A stretch of 32,000 bases of DNA from Chlamydiales bacterium (GTDB lineage: Bacteria > Chlamydiota > Chlamydiia > Chlamydiales > SM23-39), in contig OZ253438.1 in NCBI GenBank assembly GCA_965261025.1, positions 1,200,001-1,232,000 on the forward strand. The letters run 5' to 3'. Below the pieces are notes generated by a model. It had not been told where the DNA came from. It ran no database searches and saw nothing but the letters and a program-made list of their open reading frames with translations. The first letter of the stretch is position 1; each line of letters starts with the position of its first letter. The translations under genes and the position numbers were made by a program. This document shows, one piece after another, positions 23,504 to 31,053 of the stretch.

Positions 23504-25021
23504 TTTAGAAAAAGGAGACAAAAAGTTAAAGCTTCCGAAAGGAGAAGCTGCTCTAAAAGCAATTCCCGTATTATTTAACATACAAGCGGTAAGGCCTAAA
23601 GAGGTTTCCGGGTCAATTCCATCTAGAATGTAGCAGGTGGATCCAAAAACAGTAAAAAAGGTGACCAGGAAAAAAAAAATGAGTACTAAAGAGCCCGTTT
23701 TCATATCTACTTCAGTTTCTCCTATGTACAATTTGCGAACTGATTCAGGACGAAAGAGAATCTCTAACCGGTGAGAGATGATTTTATACAAGATATAAAA
23801 ACGGTTGGTTTTAATCCCTCCGGAAGTAGATCCTGCCATTCCACCTACATACATTAAGAGCAGCAGAAACATCTGAGATATAAAGGGCCATTTATCGTAG
23901 TTATCGATTACATAACCAGTAGAGGTTTGTGCAGAAATCGCTTGGAAAATGCCATAATGAAAGGCTTCTTTTATCGAAAAAATTTGTAAAAGGGGAAGAC
24001 TTACTGCTAAGGAGCCTAAAAGGAGAAAAGCTAAAAAAAGAAAAAGATCTGGGACATAAATGCGATAAAACCGGAACTTTAGAATGTGAAAATATAAAGA
24101 AAAGTTAATGCTTCCAAGGATCATAAAGATAATGACAATCCACTGAGTAGCTAAACTTTTATAGTATTCCAGGCTACTTCCATAAATAGAAAAGCCCCCA
24201 GTAGAAATATTAGAAAAGGTGATAGTTACTGCTTCAAAAAGGGAGAGCTTATCGTTGGTCCACATCAGTAGTAGCAGCTCTACAAAAGAAAGGCCAAAAT
24301 AGAGTTTCCACAAAAGGGAAGCCGCTTCTTTAATTCTGGGAGCCACAGATTCTTTTACAGGACCTGTAATCTCCATCTGATATAAAAGCTTTCCTCCTAC
24401 TCCAAGAGCAGGAAGTAGGGTCAAGAATAATACCACAATCCCCATACCTCCTATCCATTGCAGGAAAGAGCGCCATAGAAGAACGGCCCTTCCTAAGGCA
24501 TTTAGTCCTGTTAGAACTTTTTGAGAGTGAAAATCGTAGATAGGATCAATAGTTCCATAGTAAAAGTAGGTTTTATGAGGATCTTTCCCCCTTTCAATTT
24601 TGATAGGAATCTCATTTCCTTGAGGATCAAATTGTTTTGCGCTAAGTAAAGAGCATCCTGTAGTGGTAAGCCCTGCTACGGCTTCAAAGCAGGCATCTAA
24701 AGGTTTTTGTAAAGAACCGCTTAGATAGAAGGGAGCGGCACTTACTAAAGTACTTACAATCCAGATAAGGACTACTAGAGCAAGGCTTTCTCTTCTGTAT
24801 AAATGTCTATCTGCTTTTCGTCCCAAAAGATGAAAAAAAAGGGCCAGAAAGGTACAAAAAAGCAAGGAACCCAAAAAGGCCATGGTCCCGTGAGGTTGAG
24901 GATGCATTTCAGGGGGAACCATAAACTCGTAGTAGATAGCAACTCCTAGAGGAAAGCAAAGCACTAAGGCAAAGTAAAAAAGATACTTACCTAAAATTCG
25001 AAAAATATTGGCAAAAAACAT
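23417..25021 (-). CDS. trkH: Trk-type potassium uptake protein, membrane subunit TrkH
   Basis: 534 aa and polytopic. Pore-loop-like repeats TTTGCS, STGGFS, TSTGYV. Also GGMAGSTSGGIKTNRF and the C-terminal GRLEYFSVLV typical of TrkH/KtrB. The start lies 2 nt after the trkA stop. Confidence 0.9.
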   Translation of the reverse strand: MFFANIFRILGKYLFYFALVLCFPLGVAIYYEFMVPPEMHPQPHGTMAFLGSLLFCTFLALFFHLLGRKADRHLYRRESLALVVLIWIVSTLVSAAPFYLSGSLQKPLDACFEAVAGLTTTGCSLLSAKQFDPQGNEIPIKIERGKDPHKTYFYYGTIDPIYDFHSQKVLTGLNALGRAVLLWRSFLQWIGGMGIVVLFLTLLPALGVGGKLLYQMEITGPVKESVAPRIKEAASLLWKLYFGLSFVELLLLMWTNDKLSLFEAVTITFSNISTGGFSIYGSSLEYYKSLATQWIVIIFMILGSINFSLYFHILKFRFYRIYVPDLFLFLAFLLLGSLAVSLPLLQIFSIKEAFHYGIFQAISAQTSTGYVIDNYDKWPFISQMFLLLLMYVGGMAGSTSGGIKTNRFYILYKIISHRLEILFRPESVRKLYIGETEVDMKTGSLVLIFFFLVTFFTVFGSTCYILDGIDPETSLGLTACMLNNTGIAFRAASPFGSFNFLSPFSKLLSLFWMLLGRLEYFSVLVIFFRSFWRS

Positions 25022-25023
25022 AG

Positions 25024-26373
25024 CTAAAAAAGGTGTTGCAAATCGTGAATATGCTCTTTTTTGGTTATCAAAATTACAATGTCATTCGGAGATAAAATTC
25101 GATCTCCCTTTCCAATCATGACTTTTCCTTTATTTTCAATGATGGCTATGATCAGATCTCTAGGGAGATAAGAGCTTAAATCAGAAAGGGGGAGTCCTAT
25201 CAGTTGAGAGTCGGGAGAGACTTTCATCTCTACTATTTTAGTATCTTCATCTGAAAGAGAAGAGAGAGAAAGAATGGTTTTGGAGTGAATGATGGAGAGG
25301 ATTCGGTTGGCAATGTGGACCTTTGCAGAAGGCGCAAAGGAGATTTTTAACTTTTCTAAAACAGAAATTAAAGAGGTGTCTGAAATAACAGAAATTACTC
25401 TTTCACACCCCGCTTCCTTTGCCACAGAGGCAATAAAAAGATTTTCCTCATCGTGGTGAGTTGCTGTAATAAAGGCGGGGATGGAGGAGATTTTTTCTGA
25501 TTTTAGAAACTGTAAATCTTTGCAGTCGTGGTTGATAATGGTTGCTTTAGGAAATAGGTCGGCTAAAAAGCGACAGATATTTTCTTCTTTTTCAATAATT
25601 TTTACAGAAACATTTAGGTTTTGCAAAAGTCTTGCGAGGTGGACTGAAATAGAGGACCCTCCTGCAATAGTACAAGAAGAAATAGATTTTTCCTCTATGC
25701 CAAAGAAGGCATGGATTTTATTCATCGAAGAGGCCTCTCCCACAACGGCCACCACATCCCCTGGTAAAATTCGATCTTCACCGTGGGGGAAAAGAACCTC
25801 TTTCTTATCTCCTTTTTCCCTTCGGATTAATCCTATAATGAACTCTTCAGGAAAATTTAGATCTTGAATAGGGAGGGAAGACTTATTCCAAGAGTTAGGA
25901 ATTTTTAAAGAACGCAGTTGAATGATGCCATGGGCAAAATCTTCTGTAAGGAGATCTCCTGCTGAAATGAGCATTTTAAGGATCTCTTGGGCAGCAATAG
26001 TCTCGGCTCCAATGAAATGATCTACATAAAAAAGCCTTCCAAAATCCAGTCTTCCTTTTTCTAAATAGTCGGTCTGAGATATACGGCAGATGGTTTGAGG
26101 ATACCCCAGATTTTTTGCCAGTAGGCAAGCAGTTAGATTCGTTTCATCATTTTCTGTCATAGCAAGGAAAAAATCGGGATTGCTTTCTGTAAGGATATCT
26201 AAAACTTTCCATTCAGAGCCTAAGATCTTTTTAGTTGCAATATCCGCTTCCTTAGAAAGTCGATCTAGTTTTTTCCCATCTTTATCGATTAAGATGACGT
26301 TATGTTCTTCCTTAGAAAGCAGAGTAGCTAAATAGGTTCCTGTACTTCCAGCTCCTAAGATGACAATATTCAT
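25024..26373 (-). CDS. trkA: Trk system NAD-binding subunit TrkA (tandem RCK domains)
   Basis: MNIVILGAGSTGTYLA Rossmann start with a duplicated RCK-N/RCK-C layout. The track start GTG 26397 would overlap the upstream gene. ATG 26373 forms an ATGA overlap with that gene's stop. Confidence 0.9.
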   Translation of the reverse strand: MNIVILGAGSTGTYLATLLSKEEHNVILIDKDGKKLDRLSKEADIATKKILGSEWKVLDILTESNPDFFLAMTENDETNLTACLLAKNLGYPQTICRISQTDYLEKGRLDFGRLFYVDHFIGAETIAAQEILKMLISAGDLLTEDFAHGIIQLRSLKIPNSWNKSSLPIQDLNFPEEFIIGLIRREKGDKKEVLFPHGEDRILPGDVVAVVGEASSMNKIHAFFGIEEKSISSCTIAGGSSISVHLARLLQNLNVSVKIIEKEENICRFLADLFPKATIINHDCKDLQFLKSEKISSIPAFITATHHDEENLFIASVAKEAGCERVISVISDTSLISVLEKLKISFAPSAKVHIANRILSIIHSKTILSLSSLSDEDTKIVEMKVSPDSQLIGLPLSDLSSYLPRDLIIAIIENKGKVMIGKGDRILSPNDIVILITKKEHIHDLQHLF

Positions 26374-26966
26374 ACAGGCTCTTTTTGAGCTGTCCACTCT
26401 TGGCTTGTCATAATTTTTCCAAAAGAGTTCAGATTGGTCAACGAAGCTTCATGCAAAGATTCACTGTAGCTGGCTACACAGTCAGTCAGTGTAATAGGTT
26501 TCAAACCCCTTCCCACCGCTTCCCTAGCGCAGGTTTCTATAGAGCTGTTAGTAGAAAACCCTGTGAGAATTAGTTCTTTACATTCCAAGGCGAAGAGGTA
26601 GCGGTCTAATTCTGTTTGATGAAAAGGAGAAAGGCTCCAGTGGCGAACCTTATAATCTACTGCGGGAATTTCCTCTAGTAAGTCATGTCCCCAGGTATTT
26701 TCTCGAAATCCTTCTGTTTCTAAAAAAGGGCGAAGTTGCAGAGTATTTTCCATTCCCATCACTTTTTTGTTTAGGTCGGTAAGTACGGTAAGATAGGAGG
26801 CTATAATGGGGATGTTTCTTTCCTTACAAAATTCGATAGATCGTAAAATGGGGGGAATTATCTCTTGTTTATGTTTGAAAGTAAGGCCATTTTTTGCATA
26901 AACTCCCTCTTCGTGGCAGAGGTCATTTTGTAGATTTAAGAGTAAAAAGCAGATAGGATAAGGCAT
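26370..26966 (-). CDS. isochorismatase / cysteine-hydrolase family-like protein with non-canonical catalytic positions
   Basis: 198 aa. N-terminal LLLNLQNDLC compares with family xxVDxQNDF. Also YKVRHWSLSPFHQTELDRYL and LILTGFSTNSSIETCAREAV, which compares with family ITGxxTxxCVxxTxRDA. Confidence 0.8.
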   Translation of the reverse strand: MPYPICFLLLNLQNDLCHEEGVYAKNGLTFKHKQEIIPPILRSIEFCKERNIPIIASYLTVLTDLNKKVMGMENTLQLRPFLETEGFRENTWGHDLLEEIPAVDYKVRHWSLSPFHQTELDRYLFALECKELILTGFSTNSSIETCAREAVGRGLKPITLTDCVASYSESLHEASLTNLNSFGKIMTSQEWTAQKEPV

Positions 26967-27035
26967 AAAAATAGGCTTTGTTTTGTTTCATTCTCTTTTT
27001 AGCGGGCTTATTTTTTTTTGTCGAACGGAGATTTT

Positions 27036-27920
27036 ATGGTGCATTCCTTAGCGGTTATTATCAATTTTTGTTCTATAGAAGCGCGGTTTTTGCCTTTTTG
27101 TGTAAGAGAAGCTAAGAAATTTGCCTCTCAAATTATTGTTCCCGTATGTGATCACTTTTTTGATGGAACCCCAGAGAGAAAAGATCTTTTAGAAGAAACG
27201 TTTTTACAACTAGATTCAGCCCAGATTATAAGCTATCCTTACCTTCCTTTTTTGTTACAAGAAACAGATCACAACAAAAATCATCTCTGGCACAGTATAT
27301 CTCGCTTAGTAGGGTTTTGTGAGCTTGAGCAGGATATAGAGTATGTTCTTTTTCTGGATGCCGATGAAATAGTGGAAGGAACCCCCTTTTCTCTTTGGCT
27401 TGATAGCCAAGAATATAGGCAATACGCAGCGTGTAGGTTATGGAATTTTTGGTATTTTCGAGAGGAAGAATATCAGGCTAAAACTTGGGAAACATCTCCT
27501 GTTTTGGCGCAAAAAAAGCGGATAACTAAAAAAGGGTTATTTCAGAAAGGGGAAAGGGATGCTCTTTTTTCTTCTATAAAAGGAAATAAGAAAAGAGGGG
27601 TTCCTAAAAGGCCTTTAGTACACCACTACAGCTGGGTAAGGACTCAGGAAGAAATGTTGCAAAAAGTTCATTCTTGGGGGCATAAAGAAGAGCGCAATTG
27701 GAAAGATTTAGTAGAGAAAGAGTTTCAAGGGCCTTTTCGAGGAACAGATTTCGTTCACGGGTACGAGTATGAAAAAGTAAAGCCTTTTTTTCAAAAAGCT
27801 CTTTTTGAAAAGAAGCCTTTTTCTCAGAAAAGGCTTAGCGAAAGAGATCTTTTAAAAATCTTGCCGGGGTTTTTTTTTAAAAGGCTCTTTTCCCTTGGTA
27901 AAAAAAGAAAAATCGCTTGA
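27036..27920 (+). CDS. putative GT-A fold glycosyltransferase (DxD motif; possibly GT17/GT2-like)
   Basis: ATG 27036 has GGAG 5 nt upstream (the track uses TTG 27018). FLDADE carries the DxD at nt 27357-27365. HHYSWVRTQEEMLQKVHSWGHKEE resembles the H-x-S-W...K...H-x-E segment I recall from GT17-like enzymes. The family call is tentative. Confidence 0.5.
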   Translation: MVHSLAVIINFCSIEARFLPFCVREAKKFASQIIVPVCDHFFDGTPERKDLLEETFLQLDSAQIISYPYLPFLLQETDHNKNHLWHSISRLVGFCELEQDIEYVLFLDADEIVEGTPFSLWLDSQEYRQYAACRLWNFWYFREEEYQAKTWETSPVLAQKKRITKKGLFQKGERDALFSSIKGNKKRGVPKRPLVHHYSWVRTQEEMLQKVHSWGHKEERNWKDLVEKEFQGPFRGTDFVHGYEYEKVKPFFQKALFEKKPFSQKRLSERDLLKILPGFFFKRLFSLGKKRKIA

Positions 27921-27959
27921 AAGGAAAGGTTTTTTTATTGGATGATTTCAACCATACCA

Positions 27960-28033
27960 GCACCGGTAGCTCAATTGGATAGAGTACCCGGCTACGGACC
28001 GGGCGGTTAGAGGTTCGAATCCTTTCCGGTGCG
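27960..28033 (+). tRNA. tRNA-Arg (anticodon ACG)
   Basis: Hand-folded cloverleaf. 7-bp acceptor stem GCACCGG/CCGGTGC. D-arm GCTC..GAGT. Anticodon stem CCCGG/CCGGG with loop CTACGGA (ACG at 27994-27996). T-arm AGAGG-TTCGAAT-CCTTT. Discriminator G at 28033. No encoded CCA. Confidence 0.93.
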
Positions 28034-28654
28034 ATGAAGATTTTTCCCTTTTCGACAGGTCCTATTGCAACTAATACCTATTTAGTAGTTTGTGAAAAAG
28101 CTAAGAAAGCCTGTGTGATTGATGCTTCACAAGGTTCTTTTTCTTTAGTAGAGAAAAAAGTGCAAGAAGGTGGCTGGGTAGTAGAAAACCTTTTTTTAAC
28201 CCATTCTCACTGGGATCACATTTTTGATGTCTCTTCTTTTAAAGAGAAATTTTCTTGTAAAGTTTATGTTCATAAGGAAGATGCGTTTAATTTAGAAAAG
28301 CCAGGCAGCGATCTTTTGCCTTTTCCCGGTTGTATCTCTCCTCAAAAGGCCGATTTTTTTTATGAAGAAAAAAGACCTCTTTCTTGTGGAGAAATTTCTT
28401 TTCAGGTTTTGTTTACCCCAGGCCATTCAATGGGATCAGTTTGTTTTTATGTTCCTTCTGAAAAAATTCTTTTTACAGGGGATACGTTGTTTCAAGGAGG
28501 AATGGGGAATGTTTCTTTCCCCTTCTCTTCCTTAGAAAAAATGAAAAATTCTTTAGGAAAAATTTTTACTCTTCCTCTTTCTACTACGATTTATCCAGGG
28601 CATGGACAAAAAAGCACTCTTGAAAACGAAAGATCTTGCTTGGGTATTTCCTAG
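28034..28654 (+). CDS. MBL-fold metallo-hydrolase (hydroxyacylglutathione hydrolase / GloB-like)
   Basis: THSHWDH (HxHxDH) motif, TPGHSMGS, GDTLFQGG, YPGHG. The N-terminus MKIFPFSTGPIATNTYLV matches the usual family N-terminus, which supports ATG 28034. Confidence 0.85.
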   Translation: MKIFPFSTGPIATNTYLVVCEKAKKACVIDASQGSFSLVEKKVQEGGWVVENLFLTHSHWDHIFDVSSFKEKFSCKVYVHKEDAFNLEKPGSDLLPFPGCISPQKADFFYEEKRPLSCGEISFQVLFTPGHSMGSVCFYVPSEKILFTGDTLFQGGMGNVSFPFSSLEKMKNSLGKIFTLPLSTTIYPGHGQKSTLENERSCLGIS

Positions 28655-28769
28655 CATTTGGCTATTTTTCCCCTCTCCTCGGAGCTAATGCGATTTTTTT
28701 TTACATTCCTTGTATTTATTTTCATTTTTTCGGTAAACTCTGGCTCCATATCCTTGGAAGGAGGTAGAG

Positions 28770-29354
28770 ATGTCTTTAATTGGTAAGAAAGCACCCGGGT
28801 TTCAAGAAAAAGCAATTCTACAAGGAAAAACCATTGAAGAGGTTTCTTTAGAAGACTATTCAGGGAAATACATAGTCTTCTTTTTTTATCCCTTAGACTT
28901 TACCTTTGTCTGTCCTACAGAGCTTCATGCTTTTCAGGATAAGTTGGAGGAATTTCACAAAAGAGGAGCAGAGGTAATTGGTTGCTCTATTGATAGTGTT
29001 TTTTCCCATTATGCCTGGCTCCAAGTTCCCAAGCACAAAGGAGGAATACAAGGGGTCACCTATCCCTTAGTTTCTGATATTCACAAAAAAATCGCTCAAG
29101 ACTATGGAGTTTTAAACGAGGAAGAGGGAGTGGCTTTTCGAGGACTTTTTTTAATTGATCCCGAAGGGAAAGTGCGCCACGTTTTGATCAATGATCTTCC
29201 TTTGGGCCGTTCAGTTGAAGAGGCTCTTCGTATGCTAGATGCGCTGGTTTTTCATGAGAAATATGGGGAAGTGTGCCCTGCAAATTGGAGAGAGGGAGGT
29301 AAGGGGATGAGGCCGGATAACGAGGGACTTGTTTCCTATTTTTCCCAAGGGTAA
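28770..29354 (+). CDS. ahpC: typical 2-Cys peroxiredoxin (AhpC/Tsa family)
   Basis: FFFYPLDFTFVCPTE (peroxidatic Cys) and EVCPANW (resolving Cys). Strong GGAGG Shine-Dalgarno 7 nt upstream. Confidence 0.94.
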   Translation: MSLIGKKAPGFQEKAILQGKTIEEVSLEDYSGKYIVFFFYPLDFTFVCPTELHAFQDKLEEFHKRGAEVIGCSIDSVFSHYAWLQVPKHKGGIQGVTYPLVSDIHKKIAQDYGVLNEEEGVAFRGLFLIDPEGKVRHVLINDLPLGRSVEEALRMLDALVFHEKYGEVCPANWREGGKGMRPDNEGLVSYFSQG

Positions 29355-29378
29355 GGCAATACTTCTTCAAGAAAGCTT

Positions 29379-29744
29379 TTATGAGCTAAGATAATCGAAA
29401 AAGTCCTCTTCTAAAAGGAAGAGATTCTTCGAGAGGTCTCCCGCTTTTTTCAGTATTTTCTTTTCTCCTACTTTGGGAAGAAAACAAGCTAGGATCCTGT
29501 CTTTTTTTTTCTCCAAGAAGGAAAAACCCTGTAAATAGGATTTTTCTATGACTCCTTCTTCTTTGACTCGAAAAAAACAGGCCATTTTTTGCAAAGATAA
29601 GATTTGTAGGAGAAAAGGGATTCCAAAGGAATCTTCGGGGGGCTCCCCCAGGGTAAAATAGACCTGTTCAAAGGAAGCAAAAAAGCAAGGTTTTCCTAAG
29701 GGTCCTTTACTTGCTTGACCGAAAATAGCTACTAAATCTTCCAT
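29379..29744 (-). CDS. hypothetical 121-aa protein; N-terminal pattern reminiscent of contractile tail sheath proteins
   Basis: ATG ORF 30 nt downstream of the eno stop on the same strand. No clear Shine-Dalgarno. See the finding for the motif comparison. Whether it is translated is uncertain. Confidence 0.45.
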   Translation of the reverse strand: MEDLVAIFGQASKGPLGKPCFFASFEQVYFTLGEPPEDSFGIPFLLQILSLQKMACFFRVKEEGVIEKSYLQGFSFLEKKKDRILACFLPKVGEKKILKKAGDLSKNLFLLEEDFFDYLSS

Positions 29745-29774
29745 ATTTTCAAGAAATAGAAGAATGGCTCTTTT

Positions 29775-31052
29775 TTATCTAGAAAAGGGATTTCCATCCT
29801 GGTAGGAAGATTGTTTATCAAGATAGGCTTCAATTTCTAGTAGGCGGTTATATTTTGCAGTTCTTTCCGATCTCGATAGCGACCCTGTTTTAATTTGTCC
29901 GGCATTTACTGCAACGGCCAAATCGGCAATGAAGGTATCTTCTGTTTCTCCAGATCTATGGGAAATAATGACGGAATAGCCTTTTTTTTGAGCAAGGTCT
30001 ATAGTTGCCAGCGTTTCTGAAACTGTCCCGATTTGATTGAGCTTGATCAAGATAGCATTAGCGCACTTTGCCTCTATCCCTTTTTTCAGAAAAAAAGGGT
30101 TGGTGACAAAAAGATCATCTCCGACAAGTTGTATTTTTTTCCCCAGTTTTTTTGTTAAAAGAGCCCATCCCTCCCAGTCATTTTGGTCTAAGCCATCTTC
30201 TATAGAATCTATAGGATATTGGTTGCAAAGCTTTTCTAGGTAGAGGATCATTTCTTTATAGGATTTTTTAGTGGTTGTATTTTTTTCTACATAATAAGGA
30301 GCTTTGAAAAACTCAGAAGCAGCAACATCTAGGGAAAGAGAGATTTGCTTTCCTAAGGAAAACCCGGTTTTTTCTATAGCTGAGCAAAGAAAGTCAAGAG
30401 CTTCTTCTGCAGAAGAGAAAGCAGGAGCAAAACCTCCCTCATCTCCGACTGCTGTGGAGAGATTTTTTTCTTGCAAAAGCCTTTTTAGGCTATGAAAACT
30501 TTCTGAGCCCATTCTTAGGGCTTCTTTGAAAGAAGCCGCTTGTTTAGGACGGATCATAAACTCCTGAAAACTTAAGAGATTAGCTGCATGTACCCCTCCA
30601 TTGATTATGTTCATCATGGGACAAGGAAGAATATATTGAGATTTTTCTCTTAAAGACCTAAACAGAGGAAGCTTTTTCGTTTTAGAGGCAGCGACAGCTA
30701 CTGCCATTGAGACACCTAGTAAGGCGTTTGCTCCTAGAAAGGATTTATTTTTCGTTCCATCTAAAGAGCACAAAATAGCATCAATTTTTTGTTGTTCTAG
30801 AACAGAAACACCCCGTAGAGCAGAAAAAATAGGCCCTTCTATATTTTTTATGACATGTAAAACCCCTTTTCCAAAATATCTTTTGGGGTCTTTATCCCTT
30901 AGTTCCAAAGCCTCATTTTCTCCAGTAGAGGCTCCTGATGGGACAGAAGAGGAACCAATAATTCTGTCTTTTGTTTCTACAAAGACCCGCACTGTAGGCG
31001 TTCCTCTAGAATCCAAAATCTCTAAGGCTCTGATTTTTTCAATAAGCGACAT
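29775..31052 (-). CDS. eno: enolase (phosphopyruvate hydratase)
   Basis: 425 aa. ILDSRGTPTV, SGASTGENEALELRD, ILIKLNQIGTVSET, ISHRSGETEDTFIADLAV. Confidence 0.97.
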   Translation of the reverse strand: MSLIEKIRALEILDSRGTPTVRVFVETKDRIIGSSSVPSGASTGENEALELRDKDPKRYFGKGVLHVIKNIEGPIFSALRGVSVLEQQKIDAILCSLDGTKNKSFLGANALLGVSMAVAVAASKTKKLPLFRSLREKSQYILPCPMMNIINGGVHAANLLSFQEFMIRPKQAASFKEALRMGSESFHSLKRLLQEKNLSTAVGDEGGFAPAFSSAEEALDFLCSAIEKTGFSLGKQISLSLDVAASEFFKAPYYVEKNTTTKKSYKEMILYLEKLCNQYPIDSIEDGLDQNDWEGWALLTKKLGKKIQLVGDDLFVTNPFFLKKGIEAKCANAILIKLNQIGTVSETLATIDLAQKKGYSVIISHRSGETEDTFIADLAVAVNAGQIKTGSLSRSERTAKYNRLLEIEAYLDKQSSYQDGNPFSR

Positions 31053-31053
31053 G

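Noticed and set aside
25481-25867. 128-aa plus-strand ORF antisense to trkA (also 26385-26573 antisense to the isochorismatase-like gene).
   Set aside because: It lies inside well-supported minus-strand genes and has no independent signals.
27288-27302. Sigma-54 promoter search (TGGCAC-N5-TTGC) prompted by the presence of rpoN. TGGCAC occurs at 27288-27293, TGGCGTATTTTGCT at 4240-4253, and TGGCAA at 63-68.
   Set aside because: The 27288 site lacks the -12 TTGC element and is inside a CDS. The 4240 site has GG and GC separated by 8 nt rather than 10 and lies in the overlap of two coding 3' ends. The site at 63 lacks GC at -12. No credible sigma-54 promoter was found on either strand by eye.
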